Source: Haliotis cracherodii
Lineage: Eukaryota
Length of the DNA stretch: 64,000 nucleotides
NCBI RefSeq assembly: GCF_022045235.1
Contig: NW_027266273.1
Span: 26,536,001 to 26,600,000 of the forward strand
Direction of reading: 5' to 3'
Under the pieces are notes generated by a model. The model was not told the DNA's origin and ran no database searches. It was given only the letters and a program-made list of their open reading frames with translations. Within the stretch, counting starts at the first letter, position 1; each line of letters starts with the position of its first letter. The position numbers and the translations under genes were made by a program. Positions 12,963-26,799 of this stretch are shown here, piece after piece.

Positions 12963-14315
12963 GTGGTGGGTGTGGATGGAGGCAATTAAACATAATTCAA
13001 TCTGTTCCCGTAAATGCCAGAACATGTTTTTGACCTCATAGTTAATAACACATAAATGGTTAACAGGGCAGGTTGGATGTCATAAAAAGCATCCCGTTGT
13101 GGCCCTTGGGTCCTCCTTGTCAGATTAAACAGATGTATATGTTGAAGCAGTGCCCAAACAAACCACAACCAGCCCCTCAACATTGATGATTGCACTATGT
13201 CTGGCACCATGTAAGTATAGTGTATACAATCTCAACAGTACACAGTTATCTATACAAGTATTTCATGCACAAGAGTCGGTATGTGTTCTTTCACAGACTG
13301 ACATGCAGTGATTACATGCCAACGCCAATGCAAGGTTAACTGTATCTTAGCTCGGCAAAGGCCGTTACAGAAAATAGAACCAGGGCAGTCAACATGCTGT
13401 GTTCTGTGAGTAAGGTCAGCATACCTGAACGCGAGGTGTGTCTACGTACGCTGCTGTTTTGTTTTATTAACAAGCTTCCAAACACCTACTTAAATAGGTA
13501 GAGCGAATTATTCACAGTATATAGCTTTGAATATGATTAACTGTCCCCTAATTTCCTACTGGCAAAACTAAATTCGACCAATCACACAGTAGTAGGACGA
13601 CCAGTCAAGGTCTGAGGAGTCCTGGCGATAGCTACACAAGGACTTAGGACAAGACAATCACCGCCAGCTAGCAGTGAAATCTGTCCAGCCTCGTGAGCGA
13701 TCAGAATGCTTTATGAGGTAGGGAAAACGCGAATAGCAAACCAACTACTAACTCAGTATTGGAAATATAGGTATCAAAGGACTGAATATACCATTAAATA
13801 TTTACACCCCTTTATGTACAATTTGTAAGGTGGCAAACAAGACTATCAATACATGGTAACTTTCTACATTGTACTCGATATTCGCGCTATTGTCTGAAAA
13901 TCAAAGTTACGAAAATATTTTTAACATCAATATGCTTGCACACACGTAGGAGACAACATATACCAAATCAACACGTGATAAGAGCATAAGGTATAAATGC
14001 TAGAGAATGAAATTAAAAGACAACAAATTCTTCAGCGCTAGTCTGACGAACACAAAGTCTAAGATCTGAAGCCCAATGACCTGGCCCTGGTTGTTGGTGT
14101 TGATGAAACACAGAAATCTTAAAGATTCGTGCATAATGCTTGCTGTACCTGTTATAATCGCGAGACGAGATCGATTCGAGGCCATCCTGCATTCCATCAA
14201 CGAACAGGATACCCATCGAAAAACAGCGACAGTGATGAGACGGGAGGCCCTCAAATCACTGGACCGTGACGAGCATTGTTTAACAGAAACACATGTGATG
14301 TCTCCTTAGGCGTTT

Positions 14316-14581
14316 GACCCGTGAAGATTCCGGGATAGATTAGGTCTTCAGCAACCCATACTTGCCGTAAAAGGCGACTGTGCTTGTTGTAAAAGTGGAC
14401 TAACGGGATCGGGTGGTCAGGCTCGCTGACTTGGTTGATACATGTCATCAATCCCAATTGCGTGGATCGATGCTAATGATGTCAATCACTGGATTGTCTG
14501 GTCCCGACTCGAATATTTTACAGACCGCCGTCATATAGCTGGAATATTGCAGAGTGCGGCGTTAAACAACAAGCAAACAGA
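14316..14581 (+). mobile_element. Full-length family-B SINE with target-site duplication
   Basis: Direct repeat TCCTTAGGCGTTTGAC at 14303-14318 and 14582-14597. Confidence 0.9.
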
Positions 14582-15539
14582 TCCTTAGGCGTTTGACTTA
14601 GTTCGAAATATGCCTCTGTTCACCCAGCATTAAATAAGTACCTGGTAGGATGAGATGTGACTGTTAACCTTTTGTTTATGTTTAAGGGTGTGCATTTGGC
14701 GCATGATATATATGCATTCTATTTATTATCTGTTTAGTACTGTGTAGCATTTGTTAAGTAAGTATATTTCTGACCATACAAGCGCCCGTAACATACTTTG
14801 AACATAGTAGTGACCTTGACATAGAGTGACCTGCCTTTGGTTGTTGGTGTTGATGAAGCGCAGAAATTTGAAGGTTCGCGTAGTTACTGTTGCATTCACG
14901 GACAGGACACCTACAGGGAAACACCAACATTTCTGCCTATTGCGAACCCTAATTCCTAAATTTTAGTCGCACTTCGTGCCTCATTCAAGCTTTTAAAGTA
15001 TGGCAATTACTGACATTCGTAGGTGCATAGGACATAGGACCTACAACTAATATACAACATCTATCAATATTTTCCCCATTGTATCGCCTGATACGAGTGT
15101 GAACCTTATTTTCTGTATTGTTTGTCTATTGTTTATTGATCTTGTGTGGTTGTACACTGATTTTACAATCTGGTTCCGTCCGTCCCGGCCTCTACACTCT
15201 AGTGAAAAGACAACTTTACTATCTTCCATGTGGGGAATCGAACCCAGAATCGAACGTTTATCTACAAGGCTATCCGACCGCCTGTACCAGACAGAAGTGA
15301 TGCAGGTCAAAGCTGTCACCACTTTGGTAAAACATAAGGACGAGGTATGGTGCTGACAAATCTAAAATACAGTCAGGACGAATCTTGAATTCGAACCCAT
15401 GATCAAAGGTTTCTTACCTTCCAACAGGACGCGGCTATGCACAACAAACTGCGGCACCGGGGATTAAAGTGTATGTATTTGTCGCTTCCGTTTTGTCTTT
15501 TTATGTGTGACAGAGATATGAGACATGAGTTACACCTAA

Positions 15540-16175
15540 AGCCCCTATCTCACATACACGGTTTAAGAAATTGCGAACACGATTTAAGAAAAGTTGAAAA
15601 ATCGTGTTAATTCGTGCTCGACCTTGTGGTCGATACACATTTCTTAACCAAACACGACCCTCATACGACCAAAAACGACCCTCATACGACCCTCATACGA
15701 CCTTCATACGACTGAACAGAACACTCATACGACCGTCATAAGATATTCATACGATACAACACGATTTAACCACATTTAACACGACCACAATACGACTGTC
15801 ATACGACGCCATTACGACTTAACACGAATCAACACGACCGCCATACGATTTAACCCGAATCATTACGATGTCCATACTACTACAAAAATAAACACGATCT
15901 TCATACGACTGAACACGATCTTCCTACGATTGAAAACGACTGTCATACGACCTTCATACGACTGAACACGACTTTTCAGCTCGGCTTAAATCGTGTTATA
16001 ATTTTTTGCAATTTAAGCCGAGCTGCAACGTCCATACGACCGCGCGCGACCGACCACGACTTAACATGAATGAACACGAATGAGTTCGCGACCATCATAC
16101 CTTCTAACACGATTTAAAGAAAATCGCTAAATCGTGTTCATTCGTCATCAGATTCGTGAATGTGAGACAGGGGCT
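15540..16175. mobile_element. Non-autonomous PIF/Harbinger-type MITE
   Basis: TIRs AGCCCCTATCTCACATACACG / CGTGAATGTGAGACAGGGGCT; TAA TSD at 15537-15539 and 16176-16178; paralogous empty site CAGC-TAA-GGCTTTG near 9061. Interior is an ACGA-motif array. Confidence 0.85.
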
Positions 16176-16426
16176 TAAGGCTTTGATATTGTAATCAGGC
16201 AAAAGTTGAAAGGAAGAATGACATCCCCGATAATATGTCTAAAACGCTGGACAAATTGTACGAACTTAGTTCATATAAAGTTTGTTAAAACAACAAGTAG
16301 GAAATTCAGTTCAAGAGATTATGTAATGGTAATGGTAATGTAAATGTAACCATTCGAAGTTAAGGAAGAACTTTTTTATTGATGAATGGCATAAAACAAC
16401 CACACATGGAATATATATGTGATGTA

Positions 16427-19144
16427 TTAGGCTGCAACCTGCACCACGATCTTGTTGTGACAATGTCCTGTGATCCAATTGTCTGGTCTTTGGGCTCCTG
16501 TCAGGACTGTCTGCTTCGTGGTGTCGGATGCAAGAGCAACAATTTGGAACTAAACAAGAATGAATGAGGAATTAGTGTAAGTACCTACACATCAATTAGG
16601 AGATAAATCGATTCTGTTTTGAAATTAAGTGTAGACACGATAGTCTAAGTTTTATTTAGATCCGAGTGTTATACCGCGAGAGTTTTTTAAAATCTATAAC
16701 AGGTTTATTACAGTAGATTTATCTCCATTCTACAATGACGAACGCTTTGAAAACCGTGACTACATACACATGGGCAAATAGGCTTGACATCTCAGAACGT
16801 GTCGCAAATGGGGCACACAAATATTACCCAAGTTCAAGAACGGTCGCTTAATAATATATTGTTAACAAATTCTACATATCGGTTACAACATACATAGTTT
16901 TTGAAATGAAACTGATGGAAAAATAAATATATATTTCATTTCAGCGCAACTTGCTGCACATTTGCCCTGCTTGGACTCAACCAAGTCATTTCTTTTTGAG
17001 AATAAGCATTAAATCTTACATTGTATGGATGACAGATTATAGAAAAAGTGACTAAAAACGCAGAACCAATGTTGTTTTCTGAAAACAAGTTATTAAATCA
17101 CAGTGTGCTCCCCAAGTAACAGTTATGATACCATGCTGACACAGTTCACCAATAACCTCATGATCCTCTTGTTAGATGATCCTGCTGGCACAATCTCATT
17201 GCCAAGGGAACCACCCTTTTTGCCGAGGTTTCAAGTTGGCATTTTACGACAAGAAAGGCTGGGAGACTCCTGATGTTTGTGATCGATGATTGTATGAGTC
17301 AGACACAGTGATTAGTGTGTGTATACATAATTGTGTGTGTTCTGAAATTGATGCCATCATGTTTGAGATACTGTTGTTCTGATTGTAGTCGGTTATCGAC
17401 AGCCATAGGTTATGGACATGTCGATGTTTCCATATGCTTTCTGTTTGTTTGTTGTTGAACGCCGCACTAAGCAATATTCCAAGTATATGACGACGGTCTG
17501 TAAAACTAGTCGAGTCTGGACCAGAAAATCCAGTGATTGACATCATGAGCATCGATCTACGCCATTGGGATACGATGACATACATGAATCAAGTCAGCAA
17601 GCCTTACCACCCGATCCGGTTAGCCGCCTTTGACGGCAAGCTTGGATTGCTGAAGACCTATTCTATCCCCGGATCGTCACGGCTCGTTTGCATATGCAAA
17701 GGTTTGGTGTGAAAAGGCACGTCATTTGTGAGGTGTCTGATTTTGACATTATTTTTACCAAACAAAATTGTGCATGTTTGTTTGGTGTGTAACGTCTCAC
17801 TAAGCAATATTCCAGCTATATGACGGCAGTGTGTAAAGAATCGAGTCTGGACAAGACAATCCAGTGATAAGCATCATGAGCATCGATCTACGCAATTAGG
17901 ATACGATGACATTCATGTTTACCTTAGAAGTATGATTGTGTGACGCCAAGAGCTAACAATTCAACAGTATCTTTGATCTTAAAGTATGTTGGACTTGATT
18001 TTCACCACTCCACAACACTCAATTATGGAGTGTGGTTGCAACAAGCACACTGATTCACCGTCATATCCAGGCTAATGTCTGTGTAACAATCTAAAGCAAC
18101 GATCACCCCATCAAGCAAACGTCAACTACATTACCTCAAGTGCCTCAATCTTAACAGGGTCGAGAATGTCCATCTTCTGGGCGTCGGAAAGTGCCCACAG
18201 ATAACAGTGAGTTTGGGATACCATCACCATCTCGCCCTGCGTTAAGAAGTTGATACGTATGAATCAGGTGACATGGCGTATCATATTAGGCAAGACATAT
18301 ATGTATCATCCATGCTTTTTAAGAAACGTGTGACTGCATCAGCAAAAAGCAAAAAGGTAGTAAGTTAATATCACTGAATTTTCATTCCCATGAATAAAAG
18401 AAACGTCAACGCAGGAATAATATAGTCCTAATTACCGCCGAACAGAACAAAGAAGACAATTAAATGATGAAGCAGATTACCCAGTAACACGATAGTGCAT
18501 TAACTGATTTTGTTCAAAGAAAAACTATAATGTTTTATTTTAATTACGTCAGCTGCGCAAAGAACCTGCTGCTATACAGTAAAGAAAAAAAACGTTGAAG
18601 AAATATTTTCGTTTAAATAGATGTTCATTTCAAAAACGAGAACAATATTTTACAATACCACACTTACAGCATCTCTTTCGTAGTGGAAGCCAAACACCCC
18701 ATGGGGGGCAAGTGATCCATGGTTGTTGGGTGGGTGGGTAGGGTGAGTATGGTCGGTATTCTGGGCCTGGAAACATAATGTGTAACAGTTTGAAACAATA
18801 AAAGGATGCTTTCCTACCCATTTGCATTGGTTCGAATCTGAATAGGACAATATACATATCAACTGGATCCCCTCAATTCTACATCATGTAATCTAGTCAA
18901 AAAAAGGAAACTGTTGTAGCGATACGAAACTATGTACAGCGCCTACCATGCAAGGTGGACGAACATCACTTTGCCAATCCTGCCCTTAAGCAATACGGAA
19001 CCGAGAATCACCTTCTTAACACATTGTGTACGGATGGACAATGTTTAGGAAATTAGATTGGGAGAATTTGGTAACTCAGAATGTATAGAATGTATTTACC
19101 TGGGCCAGGTACACAACGGATGCAATCAGTACAATCTTCAGCAT
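16427..19144 (-). CDS. Copy C: secreted His-rich protein with BRICHOS-like domain, 122 aa (exons 19100-19144, 18668-18766, 18135-18236, 16427-16549)
   Basis: GT-AG phase-0 introns. MLKIVLIASVVYLAQ|AQNTDHTHPTHPPNNHGSLAPHGVFGFHYERDA|GEMVMVSQTHCYLWALSDAQKMDILDPVKIEALE|FQIVALASDTTKQTVLTGAQRPDNWITGHCHNKIVVQVAA*. CATAAAA box 19195-19201; AATAAA 16375-16380. Confidence 0.9.
17440..17686 (-). mobile_element. Family-B SINE in intron 3 of copy C
   Basis: Same head and tail as the 14316 copy; a partial second copy at 17775-17910. Confidence 0.8.
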
Positions 19145-19194
19145 GGTGAATGTGAGAGGCAGCAGAGTCATGACAAGTCTCACTTGGGAGGACC

Positions 19195-19214
19195 TTTTAT
19201 GCTTGTTCTTATCT
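19195..19214 (-). promoter_or_regulatory. GATA site plus CATA-type box of copy C
   Basis: AGATAA (19209-19214), 7 nt, CATAAAA (19195-19201). Confidence 0.6.
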
Positions 19215-21196
19215 AGTTGCAATCTGTTCTCTACAAATTTGGAGCATCGTGCTCACTTCAATCACGACATTCTAAAAATATGCAATCCCTGTTTGTTGGA
19301 TTAAAACAGATGTTTTAAAGCACATTTTCTTCAAACTACATGCATTTGTCATTTTAAAATAACACTCCTATTGAGCAGCCAAGCGGTGGAAGCGATGGGT
19401 ACACTTACATGAACATTGTAAGATGCACAAAGACATATCGCGGATGCAGGAAGGGGTTATCGGAGCTGCGTATCGTATGATACACAACAGTAGAGGTATC
19501 ATCGTTGTCCCGCGCTTGTCTCACCCTCGGTTGGCGTACATCGAGCACCTGCCACCGTACTTCATCTATATGATGTTATCGAATCTGAGGCAAATACATC
19601 AGTGGTTGACATCATGAGCAACGCCCCGAGTATCGAAGTACGATGACATACAATCATCCAACTCACGGAATCTGACCACTTACGAGAAGCAAATTGGAAT
19701 GCTGCCGATGACTTAGTTTACACAAACACACGAAGTAACAAATATTGATGAAATTATTCTTTGCCTTTACGATTGAGCCACTTTCCCTTGAAATGTACAA
19801 CATTATAACTCCTCTTTGTGAGTCTTGCTTCTAACCTACGTGGCATAGGTCATTGATGGGGGTTTCTCATACACGAGGAAATGGTCATTGTAAGACTCTC
19901 ACAAAATGACAAATAGGCTGTCAAGATGAGGGTTTCTCAAACATTAGGCAACCAGATTACTATTTTACTCTCATATTTTCGCATCTCAAGATCATTCCTA
20001 TGCGCTGTCTCCTCTTCTGTTAGAATGAAAACTCTTCTCTAAATTTGAAAAGAATCCATGGTGTAGTTTTCAAGTATTAGGTCGCTCAAATGTTTAAGTA
20101 AAAACATTCTCAGTAGAAAAGATAGCTGTAGTTTTTTAGAAAATACAAATATTGAAATCAAACTCTACACCGCATCTCTTCTGTTTGTATATGAAGTATT
20201 CACCATGAAGCTATGCAATAGTTTTCAAGTTATAACAATGTCTGACGAAACAACAACTCTCGCAGTTTTAATATAGAAATACATTCACCATTACTGATGC
20301 ACAGATTCACTTTTTTCTCCAGCCCGAAAAATAGGTATCCCCATTGATCCTGAATTACCCATGCTCTGAGCAGAAAGTGTTATTTCCATCTTCGAGCACC
20401 TCACCAGGAAACATCAGGCACCTCATCACCACGGACGCTGCCCAAGTAGTCGCCCGGCCTCGTTGGTGCTAGGCTAGACTACTGTAATAGCATTGTGTCC
20501 AGGCTCACGCAGAAGCTCCTTTAAAGCAATGTCTAGACTAGAAGAGCTCGTATTGTCAGTCCTTCATCAAAAGGTATGCGCATTACACCGGCCCTCAAAT
20601 AGCGCCACTGGCTAGCTATTACAATAATGCAAAACAAGCACCGCCCATTCTATTATGGGTCAATCAGGAAACAATAGTCCGTAAGTTGAAGTGACCTATC
20701 TTATTCGGCCTCTGGAAACACAAACCCCCAATATATGCAAACGCTTGCGAAAACCAAAACTTTCACTTTATTTATTTATCGACAGTGTTTCGAGGTGATT
20801 TCTAAATTTTCAAAAATTGAACTTATAAGGCTTCCGAAGGAGTCTTCCTTTAAAAACGTAAAGATGTTTAGAGATTATGTTCTAAGTAAACCACCGCCGA
20901 CTGTATTCTGTTTAACTAACCGACATCATATCAAAGAGTATTGATCAAATACGTAATAGGTTTATATGAGGGGATGACTAGACATTAGTTTTTGATTTTA
21001 TGATCATGATTGCTCATGCTCGTGTGATTGATGAATGTAAATATGTTGTAGCCCGAAGAAAGTTGTGTCTCATGCTGCTTTGAATTACACCAGGGCGAAA
21101 AGTAGGCTAGTATTACATTTCTATGAACACAGTTCGGGTGCTGCCAGGTTTTATCAGGAGGTACCTGAGATGTTAACCAACTTCTCATATGAACTA

Positions 21197-24100
21197 GTGA
21201 GTGAGTTCAGATTTTAAGTCACATCGGCAATATTTCAGCCATATCGTGACTTTCAAAGGTTATACATAATAAATACATGTAAACTATATAAACCTGTCAA
21301 CAAGGGACAGTAAATTAACCAGACCTATCACAGATTCTAATTTAAAACTAGCATGGAACCATAAAAATACATCACTAGACAGAACAATACATTATAAAAA
21401 CATGCTACCTGCATGGACCCCAGCAGGATTTACATCATCCCTTCAGTTGTTGGCGACGATAAAGGAATTAAGCCGAATTTAAAAGAACACATATTCTACG
21501 ATTAAAACTATGATACGAATAACGGACTTCGAATGATATGGACTTACTATGCCCTCTCAGGGGGACAATAATTTTACAGTACTTTAACCCCAGTCAAGGG
21601 CACAGCCAATAACAATCTCAGTTCACAATTAGACACTATCAAATTAAGAAACCACTACATGTATGTACATCACAATTTATTTATAAGTTCAATTTCTTTT
21701 AAAAATGCAATAATTAAATGATGACTAATATTGGTGAAAAGATCCTTAATAAGAAGAGATGATGATTTGAAATAGTTATACCTCGTGATGGAAAATCAAC
21801 ACAGTCAAGCAGGACATGCTTGACTGAGATTCTTTCATCACAAGGGATACAAAACGGAGGATCCTCACCTTTAAGTACATATTCATTTGTATATCTGCTG
21901 TGGCCAATGCGACATCGTCGTACAATGATCTCAAATCTGGACTGACAACCCAAACAGGAGTAACCGATGGTTGGTTTTATAGCATGTAATTTATTAATAC
22001 CTACTTGGGTGTCCCACTTCTTCTGCATTATATCTCTGATGTAATATCTTATTACAGGTTTATAATCGCTGTATGGAAGCAGAAGTGGTGTCACAGATTT
22101 GTTGAGTGCTACTTTAGCTGCAGCATCAGCCACTGTATTACCAGTGCTTCCAACATGGCACGGTAACCAGCAAAAAATGATGTCGTATTGGCCAGTAGCA
22201 AGATCACTAAACAATTCAACAATTTTGATTAAAAGTGGATGTGTACAAGATTGATTTTTAATTGCCTTAAGGCAAGAAAGTGAGTCTGAAAATATAATAA
22301 TTTGTTTATGCTTTGATTGTTTGTTTATATATCAAAGTGCTGTTAATATGGCCTTAGCTTCGGCCGTAAAAATGGGGCAGTTGTCTGGTAGCCGTTGCGA
22401 TATAGTCCTGGACCGAGTGACAGTGGCGCTGGCGACAGCATCACCACCCTTGGATCCATCTGTAAATATGGATTTATAGGTATTGTATAACGATCTTAAG
22501 TGATTGTATTCTTGTTGATAAATTAGTTCATTTGTATGAATTTTTTTCAATTTAGTTAAGGTTAGGTCCACCTCAGGTCTAACAACCTGCCATGATGGAG
22601 AAGATAAAAGCTGAGTTGGGGCTATATTATCACGATGTATTTTAGCAGCAGAAATAAGTGGTGGAATAAGACATGACTTTGTTGAAGAGTTCCTCATAAA
22701 GAAGATGAAAAACACAATCAAAAGCTGGATTTGATTGATTAGAAGATAATTTTGTGATATATTGTAATGAAAATTTTAGACGGCGTTGCTTGAGGGATGG
22801 TTCATCCGCCTCCACATACAGGCTATGAATAGGAGATGTTCGGAAAGCTCCAAGGCAAAGCCTCAGGCCTTGGTGATGTATAGTATCTAATTTTTGTAGT
22901 GTACTTTTACAGGCTCCACCATAGACGATGGAGCCGTAATCAAGTTTTGAACGGACCAGGGACCTGTACAAGCGCAAGAGTGTTGTCTGATCCCCTCCCC
23001 CTCTTCGAATTAGAAACGACTTTCAACAAATCAAGTGCCGAAATATGTTCCAAGAACTTGGCCTCCTTCACAACTTTGATAGGGGTACCATTTAAATACA
23101 GTTCAGGGTCCTTATGCGTCTTATATTTTCTGCAGAAATGTATACAATTAGTTTTTGATGTAGAAAATTTAAACCCATTTTCAAGGGACCATTTATGAAT
23201 TTTATTGAGACAGATTTGTAACTGCCTCTCCATTGTATGCATATTTTTACCACGACAAGAAACATTAAAGAGGTCCACCAAAAGTGATCCATCTACTGAA
23301 TCACTTAAAATCTTTGAAAGACTATTTATTTGTATACTAAATAATGTAACAGACAAAATACTGCCTTGTGGAACACCCTGATCCTGATTATAATGGTCAG
23401 ACAGGGTGGAACCCACTCGGGCTTGAAATTGTCTGTCTGATAACAACTGTGATATAAAATGAGGTATATGATCTCTCAAGCCAAAATCATGTAACTCCTT
23501 TAGAATACCATGCTTCCAGGTAGTATCGTAGGTCTTCTCAAGATCGAATAAAACTGACACTACATGTTGTATGCTTACAATAGCATTTTTTACAAAGGAT
23601 TCTAGCCGTACTAAATTATCTATAGTACTTTGATTTTTGCAGAAACCACATTGTATATTTGTAATTACATTATTTGTTTCCAAATACCAAACTAATCTAT
23701 TGCTTACCATTCGTTCCATGGTTTTGCAAACGCAACTGGTTATTGATAAAGGGCGGTAATTTGAGGGATCTGTATGATCCTGGCCAGGTTTTGGTATAGG
23801 GACTACAATGGCATTATGCCATGATGGTTGAAAATTCCCTGACGGTCACATTTGGTCAAAAATATCTAAAAGTGACCCAAGACACGATTCATGCAAATGC
23901 TTTAACAACTGATAGTGGATATTATCATCCCCTGCAGTAGTATCATGAGCTTGTTCAAGTGCAGTATGTAGCTCATGCAATGAGAATACTTCATTATAAT
24001 CTTCACCGTTATTAGAATCAAAATTAATTTTTTTCTTTTCCTGTTGTTTCGGAAATCTCTGAAATTCAGAAACATAATTTGACGATGAAGAATGTTTGGC

Positions 24101-26747
24101 AAGAGTTTCGCCAAGTTTATTTGCAATGTCAGTTTTATCAGTTAGTGAATGATCACCTTCCATTAGATGGTGTATAGTGGATCCTGAACCTTTGCCTTTT
24201 ATCTTTTTTAACCATGTTCCAAACCTTAGACATGGGTATAAGTGAACTAATTTTGGAGACATAGTTCCTCCAAGATTTGCACATATTTGGTTTATAAGCA
24301 CGTCGTGCCTTGGCAATAGCAATTTTAACATTATTCAAATTATGTACTGTAGGTTGTTTGCGGACATATTTCTCGTTTTATTCCTACAACTTTCATGCTT
24401 GTTTGCATTCATTATTAAACCATGGTTTCCGAATATGAGGAACTGCAGAGTACTTAGGAATTGTTTGATCAGCAATACTATTGAGTTGACTCGAAAACAA
24501 CTGGATAAGATCTGGTACATTTCTGAAATTGACATGTTTCAATTTTTCACCACATACTATTTCATATAAAAAACAATTTGCCTTTGTTAAATTCCAACGA
24601 GATCTGGGTTGTTCATCATCCGGTTGAAGATAGTTCAGGACCGTGGGGAAGTGATCACTTCCACAAAGGTCATCCTGCACAGACCATTCAAATTCATTGT
24701 TAACAGTTGAATCGAGGGACAGATCAAGGGTAGAATACGTTCCAGTTGCAGGATGTAAATATGTGTTTGAACCATAATTAAATATGCAGAAATTATTATC
24801 AGAAATAAAATCTTCAATGGCTTTCCCCTTATTGTTTGTATTTGTACCCCCCAATAGAGGGTTATGCCCATTTAAATCGCCCATGATGATTCTTTCTGAG
24901 TCCTCTGCAATTCAATTGGATCAAATTCATCGAGCGAAGTATGGTGGTTCGATTGGAGACCTACGGCGTGAACGTGAAGAAGAAACATTCCTTCCTCTGT
25001 CCTGGAATGGAGTAACCTCCATGTCTAAAGGACCAAACAAGTTATGTATAGTAAGGTCCGAAGGAGAGGGTGTCCTAGATTTAATTTGCCTAGTATATTT
25101 TTTTCCTTTGTTTCTTTGACAAGTGAGGAACTTCTGGTGTGTCAGTAATTTGCTCAGCCTGAACCACCATAGCTGGTTCATTGTGCTCCACAATAAGATT
25201 CATAGTCTGAGTTTCTAAATGTGCTGATGAGGGTTTAATAATTGAAATAGTTTGAACAATCTGATCTGAGTTTACCCATGTTAAGTCAGTCTGACACGTG
25301 AAAGATGAAGTTGCGACATGTCGACTGACCACAGCAGAGTAAGTTAGAGTTGAGGGAGCTTTTGTCTGGTTGAGATAGAGTTTCTTTGCTTCTAAAAATG
25401 GAATGTTATTTTTGTACTTTATTTTATTTTTTCTGATTGGCGTTGCCATTCAGGAAAAGACTTTGGTGAGGCGACATGACTGCCACTACAGTTAGCACAT
25501 TTGATGTCATTTTGACATTCAGATTGTTCATGGTGGTTACTGCATCGATGACACACAGCAGAGCTGCGACGCGATTTAGAACCGTGGCCAAACTGTTGAC
25601 ATGTATATCTGAGTGGAGAGGGGACATACACCTCCACCCCGATGTTCAAATATCCAGCCTTAATCGACCGTGGAATTGATTTTCAGGGAAACATTAGCAA
25701 GTAAGTACTTGTTTGGCTGATAACACCTTCAACTTTTTTTGTGAAACGCTTAACAGCTGTTACACCCTGATCTTCTAGTTCAGCTTGAATCCCTTGTTCG
25801 GACATATCAGAAAGGCAACGCACTCAGTCTCGAATAATGCCCCAATATGAGTTTAGAGACCTGTGAGCGGACACAACAACCTCAAAATTTGCAAATTGTG
25901 TTACTGACAAAAGATTTAGAGATTGTTGTCTCCGGTCACACTCCATAAGAAGAGAGCCAGCCCTGACACAGCTTTCGATACAGCAAAAGGATTTAATTTA
26001 ATTGGTTCATGATCAGAAACCAAGAACCGAGACCAGGAATCCATATTTTGTGATTTTTTTGTTCGCGTTTTTATCTGAACTGTACGTTCAAGACGTCTGC
26101 TTTTTTCGTTTCAAGTTGAACCAGAGTGTGTGAGTGACATGGTGAAATATATAGATTCAACACCCCTGGTCCTCATCCGCCATCGAATGTCAACAAGGAC
26201 AGTGTTACATTGCGACGGATATCCAAGATGCAAACACCAAGGATTCCAGGGTGTTATACTCAACCAAATATGACACAAATATCAATATTTGTTTACCGAA
26301 TTAAAAGCCAGGCTGGTTCGGCCCATGACAGTTAATCGGATACATACTGAATTTGGAGGTCAACATTACCAGATTGGCCCATGAACTACCGCCTTCTGGC
26401 ATAAGACTCTAGGCAAACTTTTACGTAATAATTTGGGAAGTCAAACATGTAATACATGACCAAGACCAAATAATACATTTATATGAATCCCATCTGTGCA
26501 AACACAATATTGTGCACAGGGCTTGGCATGACCAGCCGGGCCCGGCTTTTCACCCGTCTAGGTGAAGTCAGGGTCAAAGTGGTGTATTGGGCAAAAGGAA
26601 CACTGGTCCCTGGCTCGAGTGCCCTCAACCACCAGAATCCCTTCCTCCAACGACACAGGGACGCAACCCACGGCAAACAGGTTGCCCAATTTGGTCGCCT
26701 TTTACGACCAGCAATGGGGTGCTGTGGACACATTCTACCCCGGTTCT
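21197..26747 (-). mobile_element. Near full-length, frameshifted Nimb/I-group LINE (gag-like ORF1; APE, RT, RNase H)
   Basis: ORF1 zinc knuckles (CQQFGH, CHRC..H, CANCSGSH); APE (GDLNGHN, SDHFP); RT (FDLEKTYD, GVPQGSILS); RNase H (TDGSK, WLPCHVG.GN..AD.AAK); C-terminal CIPC..H; 3' tail GATATGGCTGAAATATTGCCGATGTGAC..(CTCA)n. Confidence 0.92.
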
Positions 26748-26759
26748 ATTAGCGTCACT

Positions 26760-26799
26760 TGCTTGATAAAGGTGTTAGTATCTACACCGAAACGTCGCA
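26760..26799 (+). ncRNA. Penelope-type minimal type-I hammerhead ribozyme motif (U3-A8 variant)
   Basis: TGC-TTGATAA-A-GGTG(T)TAG-tat-CTACACC-GAA-AC-GT-C-GCA, followed by AATAAA at 26808-26813. Confidence 0.65.

Noticed and set aside
15650-16080. CRISPR-like look of the ACGA repeats and other short tandem arrays
   Set aside because: Eukaryotic context, no unique spacers, no cas genes; bounded by TIRs and a TSD.
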